From Nannocystis bainbridge (GTDB taxonomy: Bacteria; Myxococcota_A; Polyangia; Nannocystales; Nannocystaceae): a stretch of DNA of 64,000 nt. The stretch covers positions 656,619-720,618 of the forward strand of contig NZ_JAQNDL010000005.1 of assembly GCF_028368995.1 (NCBI RefSeq), given 5' to 3'. Below the pieces are notes generated by a model. That model was not told the origin of the DNA. It worked only from the letters and a program-made list of their open reading frames with translations, and ran no database searches. Positions 29,639-40,050 of the stretch are shown one piece after another (the first letter of the stretch is position 1; each line of letters opens with the position of its first letter). Made by a program: the position numbers and the translations under genes.

Positions 29639-29729
29639 CACGCACCGCGACACTGTGGACTCCCCGGAAACACTGCCTGTCCTCGCACCTGGCTACCCCT
29701 GCGCTGCCATCGGCCCCATCGTTCAGGCC

Positions 29730-30758
29730 ATGCAGCGTCGTCGTCCCTCGCCCGCCCTCCTCGCCCTCTTCGTCGCCGGTTGCGGCGGCGCCAGCACTGA
29801 GCAGCCGACCCAGACCTTCCGCGCCTGTGACGGCGCCCCCACCTTCGTCGAGCCCAACCCTGCCTACGCCTGGACCCCCAACGCGATCCGCCTCGTCTCC
29901 GAGGAGCTCGCGCCTGGCGTGTTCGCCATCTACGACCGCGACGCCGCCGAGCACGGCCCTGCCGGCATCCCCCTGGCCACCAGCGGCGGCTTCGTCATCG
30001 GCGACGACGGCGTGCTCATGGTCGAGAGCATGATCAATCGCCAGCTGTTCTGTCAGGCCGTCGCTCTGGTCCAGGCCGAGACCGACACGCCGATCCGCTA
30101 CGTCGTCAACACCAGCAGCCACGGCGACCACACCTTCGGCAACACATTCCTTCCCGACGATGTCCAGGTCGTCCAGCACACCAAGACCGCCGACGACATC
30201 GCCGCCCACTTCGACGCCGACGTCGCGTTCATGGAGGCCAACTTCGGCGAGGACCAGGGCATCGAGGAGATCGAGCCGGTGAGCGCCGACGTCCGCGTCG
30301 ACGACGGCGGCTGGTCGGTCGACCTCGGCGGCGTCACCGTCGAGGCCCGTCACTACGGCTTCGCTCAGACCCATGGCGACCTGTTCGTCTACGTACCTGA
30401 CTCCAAGGTCATGTGGACCGGCAACGCCTTTGTCACCGAGGAGCCTGGCATCCCGTGGCTGCTCGCCGGCAACGGCGCCGCCGCCGAGGTCACCCTCGCC
30501 GCCGTGCGCGACTCGCTGCCGGCCGACGCCATCGTCGTGCCCGGCCACGGTCGCCCGCTCACGCCCGCGGCCATGAACTTCTCGATCGACTACCTGCGCG
30601 CCATGATCGGCGGGGTCGAGACCGCCGTCGCCGACGGCCTCGATCTCGAGGCCACCGTCGCGGCCGTCGCCCTGCCCGACTATCAGGGCTATGCCCTGTG
30701 GGACTGGATTCACAAGCAGGTCAACGTGCCCGGCACCTACGCCGAGCTCAACCCGTGA
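29730..30758 (+). CDS. Metallo-beta-lactamase-fold hydrolase lipoprotein (cyclase/SoxH-like)
   Basis: Lipobox 'LFVAGC'; 'VVNTSSHGDHTFGN', 'WTGN', 'VVPGHG'. Confidence 0.8.
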   Translation: MQRRRPSPALLALFVAGCGGASTEQPTQTFRACDGAPTFVEPNPAYAWTPNAIRLVSEELAPGVFAIYDRDAAEHGPAGIPLATSGGFVIGDDGVLMVESMINRQLFCQAVALVQAETDTPIRYVVNTSSHGDHTFGNTFLPDDVQVVQHTKTADDIAAHFDADVAFMEANFGEDQGIEEIEPVSADVRVDDGGWSVDLGGVTVEARHYGFAQTHGDLFVYVPDSKVMWTGNAFVTEEPGIPWLLAGNGAAAEVTLAAVRDSLPADAIVVPGHGRPLTPAAMNFSIDYLRAMIGGVETAVADGLDLEATVAAVALPDYQGYALWDWIHKQVNVPGTYAELNP

Positions 30759-31653
30759 GCCCGGCCCACGGCGGCTCGCGCATGCGCTCGACCAGAAAAT
30801 CGACGAGCGCCCGCGTCTTCGCCGGCACCCGCGGCGTCGGCGGGTACACGGCGAACACCCCCGTCGGCCAGTGCCACGCCGGCAGCACCCGCTGCAGCCG
30901 ACCCGCGCGCAGCTCGGCCGCCGCCAGCAGCACCGGCACGAACACCACCCCGAGCCCCTGCGCCGCCGCCTCGACCAGCATCGACCCGTGATTGGCGACC
31001 ATGTGGCCCGTCACGTCGACCTCGACCACCCCGCGCGGCCCCTGCACCTTCCACCGCCCCGGCGCCGCGTGGTGGGCGTAACGCAGGCACTCGTGCTGCG
31101 CCAGCGCCTCCGGCTCGAGCGGCGTCCCGGCCCGCTCGAGGTAGCGCGGACTGGCCAGCACGATCCGGTCGGTGTTCGCCAGTCGGCGCGCGATCAGCCG
31201 CGCGTCGCCGAGCTCGCCGATCCGCAGCGCCACGTCGAAGCCCTCGCCGATCAGGTCGACCTGGCGATCGAGGAACACCAGCTCGAGCGACAGCTCGGGG
31301 TAGCGCGCCTTGAACTCGGCCAGCACGCCCATCGCTAGCAGCGAGCCGAACGCGTTCGGCACCGTCATTCGCAGCGTCCCTCGCGGCGCGCTCTGCTGCT
31401 CGGCCGCCAGCAGCTCGGCCTCCTCGAGCCCGCGGATCGCCTCGGTGCAGCGCTCGTAGTAGGCACGCCCCAGCTCCGTCAGCGTCAGCTTGCGCGTGGT
31501 CCGGATCAGCAGCCGCGCCCCCAGCCGCTCCTCGAGCCGCGTCACCAGCTTGCTCGCGTACGAGGTCGTGATCCCCAGCCGCCGCGCCGCCGCCGTGAGG
31601 CTGCCGTCCTCGACCACCCGCACGAACACCTCGGCCTCGAAGAGGCGATTCAT
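30748..31653 (-). CDS. LysR-family transcriptional regulator (CrgA-like)
   Basis: 'FVRVVEDGSLTAAARRL...LEERLGARLLIRTTRKLTLTE', 'DLIGEGFDVALRIG'. Confidence 0.95.
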   Translation of the reverse strand: MNRLFEAEVFVRVVEDGSLTAAARRLGITTSYASKLVTRLEERLGARLLIRTTRKLTLTELGRAYYERCTEAIRGLEEAELLAAEQQSAPRGTLRMTVPNAFGSLLAMGVLAEFKARYPELSLELVFLDRQVDLIGEGFDVALRIGELGDARLIARRLANTDRIVLASPRYLERAGTPLEPEALAQHECLRYAHHAAPGRWKVQGPRGVVEVDVTGHMVANHGSMLVEAAAQGLGVVFVPVLLAAAELRAGRLQRVLPAWHWPTGVFAVYPPTPRVPAKTRALVDFLVERMREPPWAGLTG

Positions 31654-31712
31654 GCGTGCAGCCTATCAGCGCGCCGAATTCCGCGCGAGCGGCCGCGTCC
31701 GCGTGCAGGCCC

Positions 31713-32786
31713 TCACTTCTTGCCCTTCGCCGGTGCCCCCACCTTGTCGCCCTTGAGGAACGTGTAGTCCTTGCGCGGCGCCGCGGCCCCGTCGCGGGTC
31801 ACGATCGCCTCGGCGAACACCGCCTCGACGCCCCAGCTCTTCTCGAACCGCGGCCCGTCCTGCAGCTGCACGTGCAGATGCGGCTCGCTCGAGTTACCGC
31901 TGTTGCCGCACGCGCCGAGCAGCTGCCCGCGGCGGACCTTGCTGCCCGGCTTGACCTTGATGCTGCCGGGCAGCAAATGCGCATAGGCCGAGTGGACCTC
32001 GCCCTCGTGGCGAATCACCACCATGTTACCGGGCGCCATGTACGGGTTGAGCTCGCCGATCGGGCTGTCGGGCACGCCGTCGATCACCGTGACCACCACC
32101 CCGTCGGCCATCGCCAGGATGTCCTGGCCGTACGCATAATAATCAGTGAGCGCGCGGCCGTCGCCCTTGTGCGACTTGCCGGCCGCGTCGACGACCACCA
32201 GGTCGGCGGCGCGTCGCTGCGACGGGTGATCGATGTGGTGGTTGAGCTCCTTGCGATCGCCGCCCCAGAACACCAGCCATTCGCCGCGGAACGGCAGGCC
32301 CAGCGGCGCGCTGCGGACCAGCGGCGGCGCCGAATCCTCGGGCTCGCGCACCAGCATCCCGGCGATCTTGCCCTGCTCGTCGAGGTTCACCTGCAGCTCC
32401 CACTCGCCGCGCTCGGCGATCAGGCGAAAGCGACCGCTGCGCTCGCCGGCCTCGATCGGCGCGACCCCGGTGATGCGGCCGCGGGCGGCCACCAGCGAGG
32501 CGAACATCGGCTCGACCTGCGCCAGCGGGACCGCCTGCTGCATGTCGCGCGAGAAGCGGGCGAACAAGCCCTCGCCGTCGCCGGCGTTGATCCACTGTAC
32601 GACCTCGGCCGCGGTCGAGCTCGCTGTCACCGCCGTGGCCGCCGGCTCCACGGGCGCGGGGCCGGGCGCAGGCGCGGCCGCGGCCACGGGCTCCGGGCAG
32701 ATCGTCGCCGGCGCGGGCGCGCAGCCGATCGTGGTCATCAGGAGCGTGGTGACGAGCAGGCGCGCGAGCGAACCCATGGCCGACAT
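31713..32786 (-). CDS. M23 metallopeptidase with N-terminal DUF3887-like domain (lipoprotein)
   Basis: 'NHH...RRAADL', 'YAHL..GS', 'GNSGNSSEPHLHVQL'; signal ending 'TTIGC'. Confidence 0.85.
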   Translation of the reverse strand: MSAMGSLARLLVTTLLMTTIGCAPAPATICPEPVAAAAPAPGPAPVEPAATAVTASSTAAEVVQWINAGDGEGLFARFSRDMQQAVPLAQVEPMFASLVAARGRITGVAPIEAGERSGRFRLIAERGEWELQVNLDEQGKIAGMLVREPEDSAPPLVRSAPLGLPFRGEWLVFWGGDRKELNHHIDHPSQRRAADLVVVDAAGKSHKGDGRALTDYYAYGQDILAMADGVVVTVIDGVPDSPIGELNPYMAPGNMVVIRHEGEVHSAYAHLLPGSIKVKPGSKVRRGQLLGACGNSGNSSEPHLHVQLQDGPRFEKSWGVEAVFAEAIVTRDGAAAPRKDYTFLKGDKVGAPAKGKK

Positions 32787-32872
32787 CAAACACCGACGCG
32801 CGCGCCCGGGCAAGCGGTTTTACGCGCCCGGCGCACCGACCCGCGGCCTGGCGGTCCGCCCCCGATTCGAGC

Positions 32873-32914
32873 TGTCCCTCGCACCATGCCCTTCAGGACA
32901 TGCCCTTCGGGACA
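32873..32914. repeat. 14-bp-period array (3 units)
   Basis: TGTCCCTCGCACCA / TGCCCTTCAGGACA / TGCCCTTCGGGACA. CATG at 32885 and 32899. Confidence 0.8.
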
Positions 32915-32929
32915 CCTCACGGCCATGGT

Positions 32930-34834
32930 TCAGCCCGGCGGGATCACCAGGTCCGTCAGCGCGATCGCGTTGCCGCCGGCCGGGTAAGCGTACGACGAAT
33001 AGCTGTCGAGGCCCCACACCACCAGGCCGAACTTGCCCTCGCTCTCGGCGGTCTGCTGGCCGTTGGTGCAGCCACCCACCCCGACGTCGGCGCGGATCAG
33101 ATCGACGGTCGTGACCTCGAAGCGGCCGTCGCCGCCGACCGGCTGCCAGCCGCCGATCGTGCCGAGGCAACCGACCGTGACATCTTTAAAACCGTCGCCG
33201 TCGTCGACGCGCGTGACCACCAGGTTCGTGGTCGCGAACGACGGGTCGGTGAAGAAGATGTATTCCTGGAGGAACTGCGCCGGCGGCAGCAAGATCACCC
33301 ACTCCTCGTCGCCGAGCAATTGCTGGAACCCCATCGCCGTCGCGCCCGGCCGCGTCCCGCCGGGCAGGTTGCAGGTGTCCATGACTTGCGACAACACGAA
33401 CGGGTGGTCCTCGTCCTGGCTGCGGATCTGGAACGAGCCGGTGGCCGCGAAGTCGACCACCTGCCCCTGCGCCAGGCTGGCCGGGGCGCCTGGCACCGGC
33501 GGGTCGTACGTCAGCGTCGTGCCGTCGACCGCCCCGACCACCCGGTACTCGATCTCTTCCGGCGCCAGATCGGCGCGGCGCGTCTCGTAGGCGCCGGCCA
33601 CGTATTCGTAGCCGAGCGCGGTGACGGCGTGGTTCTGCTGATGCGTCGCCTCGCCGCCCGGGGCCATCATCGGCTGCAGGCGCAGGAACCGGTTGCCGGT
33701 GTGCAGCGCCACCGGCTTGTCGCTGAGAATCAGCGTACCCGACGCATCGCCGGCCCCGGCCCCGACCTCCCATTGCACATACTCGCCGGCATTGACCGTG
33801 AACGCCTTGACCACGTCCTTCGCCGCGCCCTCGAGGTCCGGCCCCGGCTCGAGGTCGGCCGTCGCGCGGATCTCCACGTTCGTCCCGTCCTCCGCCCCGA
33901 CCACCTGTAGCCACAGCGGCCCCGGCGGCTCGAACGTGCCCGCGGGCGGCATCACTGCCACGTAGTTGGTGCCCCACGCGCTGGTCGGGAACAGCAATTC
34001 GGCGCTCGGGATGTACGAGAAGGCGCCGCCGAACGGGGCGATGTCATAGGCCGTCAGCGGGATGTCCGAGGTCACGTGAAAGTTGAGGCCGCGGCCCGAA
34101 GCGTCGACCTGGGTCGCCGCGCCCGCGGCGTCGGGCACCGGGCAATTGAGCGACGCCATGGTCTCGGGGTGGATCGAATTGGGGTGACTCGAGAGGAACA
34201 GCACCGCGACCTCGCCGGGCGCGAGGCCGGTCGCCGCCACCGGCGGCCACTGCTCCGGCGCCTGCCCCGGCGTGACCACGCGAGCGAACGTACCGAGGTC
34301 GAACGCCGCGCCGTCACGCGACACCTCGATCTTGGCCGGGTGCCCCCAGCTATTGGTCACGAACGCCGCGAAGCACGGCGGCGTCGGCAAGAACGGCGAG
34401 GTCGGCGGCGTCGGGATCTGGAAATCGCAGCCGAAGTTGGCCTTGCTCGCGCCCGCGGCCGCACACGCCGGCACGCACGCCGCGTCGGCGCAGCCCTGAT
34501 CGGTCGCGCACGTCTCGACGACCTGCCCGGCGCCGTCGACGATCGCGTGCAGGTCGGGGCTGCACTGCAGCGTCTTCGGCAAGTCGGGCGCGCCGCCGAG
34601 GTCGAAGATCGGGCCCGAGTCGCCGGTGCTCGACGTCGTCGGCGCCGAGTCGCTGCCGCTGCTGGTCGGCCCCGTCGTGCTGCCGTCGCTGCCCTCGCTG
34701 GTGGCGGTCGGCATCGTCGCGGTGGCCGTGGTGGTCGCCGAAGCGCCCGTCGTGGCGCTGTCGGCGGGTCGACCGTCGTCCCCGCAGGCGACGAGCAACG
34801 GGACCATCACCACGGCAGCGTTCAGGCGATTCAT
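32930..34834 (-). CDS. IgGFc-binding-domain lipoprotein
   Basis: Lipobox 'LLVAC', Thr/Ser linker, 'LLFPTSAWGTNY', 'SDKPV', 'PPAQFLQEYIF', C-terminal 'SYAYPAG'. Confidence 0.8.
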   Translation of the reverse strand: MNRLNAAVVMVPLLVACGDDGRPADSATTGASATTTATATMPTATSEGSDGSTTGPTSSGSDSAPTTSSTGDSGPIFDLGGAPDLPKTLQCSPDLHAIVDGAGQVVETCATDQGCADAACVPACAAAGASKANFGCDFQIPTPPTSPFLPTPPCFAAFVTNSWGHPAKIEVSRDGAAFDLGTFARVVTPGQAPEQWPPVAATGLAPGEVAVLFLSSHPNSIHPETMASLNCPVPDAAGAATQVDASGRGLNFHVTSDIPLTAYDIAPFGGAFSYIPSAELLFPTSAWGTNYVAVMPPAGTFEPPGPLWLQVVGAEDGTNVEIRATADLEPGPDLEGAAKDVVKAFTVNAGEYVQWEVGAGAGDASGTLILSDKPVALHTGNRFLRLQPMMAPGGEATHQQNHAVTALGYEYVAGAYETRRADLAPEEIEYRVVGAVDGTTLTYDPPVPGAPASLAQGQVVDFAATGSFQIRSQDEDHPFVLSQVMDTCNLPGGTRPGATAMGFQQLLGDEEWVILLPPAQFLQEYIFFTDPSFATTNLVVTRVDDGDGFKDVTVGCLGTIGGWQPVGGDGRFEVTTVDLIRADVGVGGCTNGQQTAESEGKFGLVVWGLDSYSSYAYPAGGNAIALTDLVIPPG

Positions 34835-35101
34835 CGCATGCGAGTACATCGCCGCCGCGCAGGTGGTCAAGGGGCCAGCATCGGCGGGCCAGTGAACTTC
34901 GCAAGCGCGCGACGAGGGTGCGCGCGACCGCGACGCTCGCACGCGCGCCCGTGTGACTCCCGGTGCGCAACGGGCCGCACATGGCGGGGCGCGAGCACCG
35001 GGCCGCGTATGGCTCGCGCATCGAGCAGCGCGCTGCGCCGAATTCACGTTCGCGTCACGCGCTGCATGCAGGCCGAGGCCGCCTCACGTGCCCGGCCACC
35101 A

Positions 35102-35956
35102 TCACGCGTCGCGTCGCAGGCGGGCCACGATCGCCGCCACCAGCCGCGCCAGCGCCGGCGGGTGTTCGGCGAGGTACAGCGACGGCTCGATCAACTCCAG
35201 CTCCATGACCCGCGGCGCCCCGGCGTCGTCGCGGACCACGTCGACCCGCGCGTAGAGCAGCTGATCGGCGAGCGGCGCCAGCGCGGCCTCGGCGAGCTGG
35301 CGCTCGTCGTCGGCGATCGGCAGGGCCTCGGACACGCGCTCGTGGTCGCCGGCGAAGCGGGCGGTCTTGCGGATCGCATGCGTCAGCGCGCCGTCGATCC
35401 AGATCAACGCGCGCTCGCCGGGCTCCTCGACCGCGCGCATATACGGCTGCACCATCATGTCGCGCAGGGCGACGTCGGCGGCGAGGCGGTCCTGGCTGGC
35501 GGCAGCGGCCGCGCGATCGACCCGCCACGTGCCCAGCGAGGCGGCCGAGATGGCAGGCTTGACGACCGCGCGGTCCCACCCGCGCGCGTCGAGCAGCGCC
35601 GCCAGCCCGGGCGCCGCGCCGCGATCGAGGTGAATCGTATCGACCACCGCGACCCCGCGCGCCACCAGCCGCTCCAGATAGCGCTTGTGATAGTTGTCCT
35701 CGAGGACAGGCAGCGGATTGAACAATCGCGTGACCGCGGCGACCCGCCGGGCCCACGCCAGGAAGTCGTCCGGGTGGTGCGGGTAATTCCAGGTCGAGCG
35801 CAGCACGCACAGCGAGGCCTCGTGCCAGGCGGCCGCGGGGTCGTCCCACGCGAGCACCCGCGCCCCCACGCCGGCCTGCGCCAGGGCTGCCACCAGCAGC
35901 GCCTCGTCAGGATCGGGCTCGGGCTTGTGGAGGCAGGTGGCGATGGCGACGTGCAT
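35102..35956 (-). CDS. ATP-grasp protein (RimK/glutathione synthetase-like)
   Basis: 'VLRSTWNY', 'HKRYL', 'VVKPAISA', 'MVQPY', 'LYARVD', 'MELELIEPSL'. Confidence 0.85.
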   Translation of the reverse strand: MHVAIATCLHKPEPDPDEALLVAALAQAGVGARVLAWDDPAAAWHEASLCVLRSTWNYPHHPDDFLAWARRVAAVTRLFNPLPVLEDNYHKRYLERLVARGVAVVDTIHLDRGAAPGLAALLDARGWDRAVVKPAISAASLGTWRVDRAAAAASQDRLAADVALRDMMVQPYMRAVEEPGERALIWIDGALTHAIRKTARFAGDHERVSEALPIADDERQLAEAALAPLADQLLYARVDVVRDDAGAPRVMELELIEPSLYLAEHPPALARLVAAIVARLRRDA

Positions 35957-36154
35957 GGTCGGCGCAGGATAGCCGAAATCGCGCGCGAGCGGGCCTGGTC
36001 CTGTCCGCCTGCTCAGGCCGCCGCGCACCGGCCTCGCGCGGACCTCGCGGAGCGCCCGGAGGCGAGCACCGTCCCCGTCGCCAATGCTGGCAGATGTCCC
36101 AAAGGACACCTTATCTGCGGCCGGCAGGTGCACGCCCCGTCGCAGCGCCCCCGC

Positions 36155-36760
36155 TCAGCTGCTCGTGCTCGTGCCGCTGCACTCGCCCACGCACTGGCAG
36201 GCCTCGGGCGAGGGCGCCTCGCAGGTGCATTCCTGCCAGCCCTCGGGCGGTGGGACCGGGGTGTTGGGGAACACGAACACCCGGCCGGTCTCGACCTCGA
36301 AGTAGCCGGAAGGCGCATCCGGTCCGCCGCCCTCCATGAAGTAACAGAAGCCTACCTCGCCGAGCTCGCCAGAAACGCACTCGCCGTCGCGCACGACCGG
36401 CTCGTGGCCCGGTATGAACACACAGTCCACGCCGGCCTTGCAGTCGGCCTCATTGAAGGCGAGGTGGCAGGGCGTCGCCGGTGCGCCCGTGGTCGAGTCC
36501 GCCGCCGAAGTACCCGAAGTGGGCTCGCTCGTGCCGGTGGTGCCGGTGGAGCCCGTGGAGGTCAGGGTGCCGCTCGTGGGTTCAGCGCCGCTCGACGACG
36601 TGGTGGTGCCAGGGTGGCCGGTCGTGGACTCACCGGCGCTCGATGAGCTCGGTTCGGCCGCGGTCGCGCTCGTCTCCCCGGGTGCGCCGGTGTTCTTGCT
36701 GCAAGCGACGACGAAGAACACGAACATCGTCGATGTCCACCACACGCGTGATTTGCACAT
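36155..36760 (-). CDS. Small Cys-rich lipoprotein
   Basis: Lipobox 'FVVAC', Ser/Thr linker, Cys-rich C-terminal domain. Confidence 0.65.
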   Translation of the reverse strand: MCKSRVWWTSTMFVFFVVACSKNTGAPGETSATAAEPSSSSAGESTTGHPGTTTSSSGAEPTSGTLTSTGSTGTTGTSEPTSGTSAADSTTGAPATPCHLAFNEADCKAGVDCVFIPGHEPVVRDGECVSGELGEVGFCYFMEGGGPDAPSGYFEVETGRVFVFPNTPVPPPEGWQECTCEAPSPEACQCVGECSGTSTSS

Positions 36761-37029
36761 AAGCTCTCCAGGTCAGGGCAAAGACTTCACCGGGAAGGTA
36801 GCACGCGCGCGCTCGCGGAGGTAGACGGCATGACCGCGTCGCGGCGCCGCCATGTGCCACCACGTGCGCGCGCGGACAACCCGACGAGAGAGCGCATGGT
36901 CGTACCAGCGTCGAACTCGCCACGATCTGGGAGCGCAAGACCGGACCCAGCGATCCACCCACCCTGTTGTTGTGCGCCAAGGTTGCGACCCATTGCGATC
37001 ATCATTCGACCTGCTCTAAAGTTTGTCAC

Positions 37030-37776
37030 ATGCGAGAACCCGAGCTGGAGGCCCTCCTGCTGCGCATCGTTCCGGACCTCGCGCGCGATTGGTCGGGTGC
37101 TTCGCCCGAGGACGTCGCGGAGTTGGCCGAGCGCTTCGAGGACCGGGGCTACGATCTCCCTCCGTTCTATCGCTGGTTCCTCTCGCGGCTCGGCGGCAGC
37201 GTGGGTGCGCTTCACCCCGTCCTGCGGGGCTTCTCTGCCGCGGACATCCTGGCGGCGTATCGTAGCAACAGCGTCGACCTCGGGCCGACCCAGTTCCTCA
37301 TCGGTCGCGTACCCGATCCGCTGTTTCCTTGCGACGTCTACTACGACCTGGCCTGCCCGGCGCAGGACGACGCCTGCGTCCTGCGGCCGCGCATGCCGAC
37401 CGGGCCCGGGCTGCGGAGAAGCGAGACGTTCCGCGAAATGCTCGCAGCGGAGGTCATGCTCTGGTTCCGCGTAAGGACGGCCCCTCACCGGTGCACCGGC
37501 AAGCTCGTCAGCGCCGAGCGAGGCGCCGCCGACCTGCTCGACGCGGTCATGCTTCGGCTCGGCTTCACGAACCCGCTCGTGACCGGTCCCAGCTGTCGGC
37601 TGTACGAGCGAGACGCCATGACGATGGTCGCCCAAGCTACCTCAGGACCAGATCTATTCGAACTCTTCGAGTTCGAGGTCGGCGGAGCGAACACGACAGG
37701 CATTCGCCGCTTGCTGCGAGGCATCTCGACGGGCTCCTCGCTCCACGTCGACGCTGAGCGCTGGGCCTCGCGCTGA
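37030..37776 (+). CDS. SMI1/KNR4 (SUKH)-like protein
   Basis: 'GASPEDVAELAERF...LPPFYRWFLSRLG' matches the SUKH N-terminal pattern. Confidence 0.65.
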   Translation: MREPELEALLLRIVPDLARDWSGASPEDVAELAERFEDRGYDLPPFYRWFLSRLGGSVGALHPVLRGFSAADILAAYRSNSVDLGPTQFLIGRVPDPLFPCDVYYDLACPAQDDACVLRPRMPTGPGLRRSETFREMLAAEVMLWFRVRTAPHRCTGKLVSAERGAADLLDAVMLRLGFTNPLVTGPSCRLYERDAMTMVAQATSGPDLFELFEFEVGGANTTGIRRLLRGISTGSSLHVDAERWASR

Positions 37777-37804
37777 GCCTGAGCCCCCACGCGCGTACTT
37801 GTCG

Positions 37805-39901
37805 TCACCTCCCCGCGAGGCCGAGCTGGGCCAGCAGGAACGCTGCCTCGAACGCCCGGCTGTGCAGCCATTCGCGGCGGCTGCTGGGGCCGGCGTGGCC
37901 GGCGTGGGCCTCGGTGCGCAGCAGCGTCGGGCCGCTGCCGGTCGACAGGCGGCGCTGGCGGGCGACGTAGCGGGTCTGCTCGTGGTAGGCCACGCGGGCG
38001 TCGGCCAGCGATGATTCGACCAGCAGGGCCGGATAGGCGCGCGGGCCCAGGTTCGAATAGGGGCACCAGGCGCGGATGACCTCGTAGTCGGCGCGCACGG
38101 CCGGGTCGCCCCACTCCTCGTATTCGGTGGTGGTGAGCGGCGCGGTCGGGTCGGCCATGGTGCCGACGGCGTCGAGGAACGGCACGCGCAGGACCGCGGC
38201 GCGGAACAGCTCGGGGCGTTGATTGAGCACCGACGCGACCAGCGCCCCGCCGGCGCTGTCGCCGGCGACTGCCAGCATTTCACGGGTCGTGTAGCCGCGC
38301 TCGATCAACTGGGCGGCGACCGCCAGCAGATCACGGCCGGCGTTCAGGCGCGCGCGCCGGCGGCCGGCCTCGTGCCACGGCTCGCCGAGCTCACCGCCGC
38401 CGCGCACCCACGCGATCACGAAATCGAAACCGCGGTTCATCAGCGCGCAGCGGGCGGCGTCGAAGTCGGGGTCCCAGGCGGAGCCGTACGAGCCATAGGC
38501 CTCGAGCAAGATCGGCCGCGGACCGGTGCGCGGGCCGGCGCCGGCGAAATGCATGTACAGCAGCTCCGTGCCGTCGTCGGCGCGCGTCGCAGCGAACGCG
38601 CCGGTGCTGCGGCCGCAGGCCGCCGGTGCGGGGCGGCTGTGGACCAGGGTCTCGCCGCCGTCGGCGAACGCGAGGTCGACGGTGTCGTCGGGCGCGTGCA
38701 CGGCGGTGAGGTGGACGCGATAATGGCTGGCTGACGGATCGGGGTTGTCGCCGGGGCTGATGTCGACGATCTCGCCTGTCCGCGGGGACAGGCCGCGACG
38801 GCGCTCGGCGGCGCCGGCCCGCGCGCTGCGGCCGGTCGCCAGCTCGACGAACACCAGCCGCGGGAAGCCGCGCTCGCGCTGCAGCAGGGCCAGGTGGCCC
38901 ATGAACGCGTCGAGATGGGTCAGGGCGACGCCGGGCCGCTCGGCGACGACCTCGCGCCAGCGCGCCAGCGCGGGGTCGTCCTCGGCGGCCGCGACCACGC
39001 GAAAGTACGGGGCGCCGCGGTTGCTGCGGACATAGAAATCATCGCCGGCGTGATCGACGTCGTAGAGGTGCCCGGGCTCGCGGGGCGCGATCACGGTCCA
39101 CGGCCCCGCCGGCGTCCGGGCCACCCGCACCTCGGCGGTGGTGGCGGAGGCGCTGCGGGCCAGCAACCACTCGCCGGAGCGGCTGCGCTCGACGTACACG
39201 TCGAACCGCGGATCGGTCTCCTCGAAGATCGCTCGATCGTCGCCGCCGATCGCTCGCCCGCGCAGCGCATACGAGCGATAGGTGTCGTCGCGCACGGTGT
39301 AGACCAGCTCGCGGCTGTCGCCGCTCCACGCCGCCGAGGTGACACGATCGATCTGCCCGGGCCGCACCGCCCCCGTCTCGAGGTCTTTGATAAAAAGCGT
39401 GTAGTTTTCGTCGCCGACGACGTCGAGCGAATAGGCGAGCAGGCGATTGTCGGGGCTGACCTCGAAGACTTCGAGGTCGAGAAAATCGCGGCCACGCGCC
39501 AGGCGCGGCAGGTCGAGGATCACCTGCGGGGATTCGTCGGGGCTGGCGTCGGCGCGGCGGCGGAGCCAGGTCGGGTGCTCCTCGTGGCGGCGCTGGCGGG
39601 ACCAGTAGAGCCATTCGCCGCGGCGCACGGGGGCCGTCTCGTCGTCGACATAGGCGATGGCCTCGATCTCCCGCTCCAGCGCGCGCATGAGGGCGCGATG
39701 CGGCCGCAGCACCGCGTCGGCGTGGCGGTTCTCGGCGGCGAGGTGGGCCCGCACCGCCGCGTCCTCGGGCCCGGCGCGCAGCCAGGCGTACTCGTCGCGC
39801 AGGGTCTCGCCGTGCAGGGTGAGGACCGCGTCGTCGCCGGTGCGAGCGACCGGCGCCGGGGCGCTTGCGAGGCCGAGGGCGAGCGCGACGGCGCGGAACA
39901 T
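37805..39901 (-). CDS. ptrB: Oligopeptidase B-like S9A serine peptidase
   Basis: 'DEYAWLR', 'AYGSYG', 'VRGGGELG', catalytic 'GDSAGG', 'EYEEWGDP', 'DARV', 'AGH'. Confidence 0.88.
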   Translation of the reverse strand: MFRAVALALGLASAPAPVARTGDDAVLTLHGETLRDEYAWLRAGPEDAAVRAHLAAENRHADAVLRPHRALMRALEREIEAIAYVDDETAPVRRGEWLYWSRQRRHEEHPTWLRRRADASPDESPQVILDLPRLARGRDFLDLEVFEVSPDNRLLAYSLDVVGDENYTLFIKDLETGAVRPGQIDRVTSAAWSGDSRELVYTVRDDTYRSYALRGRAIGGDDRAIFEETDPRFDVYVERSRSGEWLLARSASATTAEVRVARTPAGPWTVIAPREPGHLYDVDHAGDDFYVRSNRGAPYFRVVAAAEDDPALARWREVVAERPGVALTHLDAFMGHLALLQRERGFPRLVFVELATGRSARAGAAERRRGLSPRTGEIVDISPGDNPDPSASHYRVHLTAVHAPDDTVDLAFADGGETLVHSRPAPAACGRSTGAFAATRADDGTELLYMHFAGAGPRTGPRPILLEAYGSYGSAWDPDFDAARCALMNRGFDFVIAWVRGGGELGEPWHEAGRRRARLNAGRDLLAVAAQLIERGYTTREMLAVAGDSAGGALVASVLNQRPELFRAAVLRVPFLDAVGTMADPTAPLTTTEYEEWGDPAVRADYEVIRAWCPYSNLGPRAYPALLVESSLADARVAYHEQTRYVARQRRLSTGSGPTLLRTEAHAGHAGPSSRREWLHSRAFEAAFLLAQLGLAGR

Positions 39902-40050
39902 GGCCCGACGATGCCTGCGGCGCGGGCCGGCTGTCCAGCGACCTCGGGGCGACGCAAGGAATGGGACCCGCCGCGGCCCTCGCCCCGCTCGCTGCACGTG
40001 GCCGTCGCGTCCGGCGATCGCGGTAGACTGGCGGTCCACGGAGGACAGCG

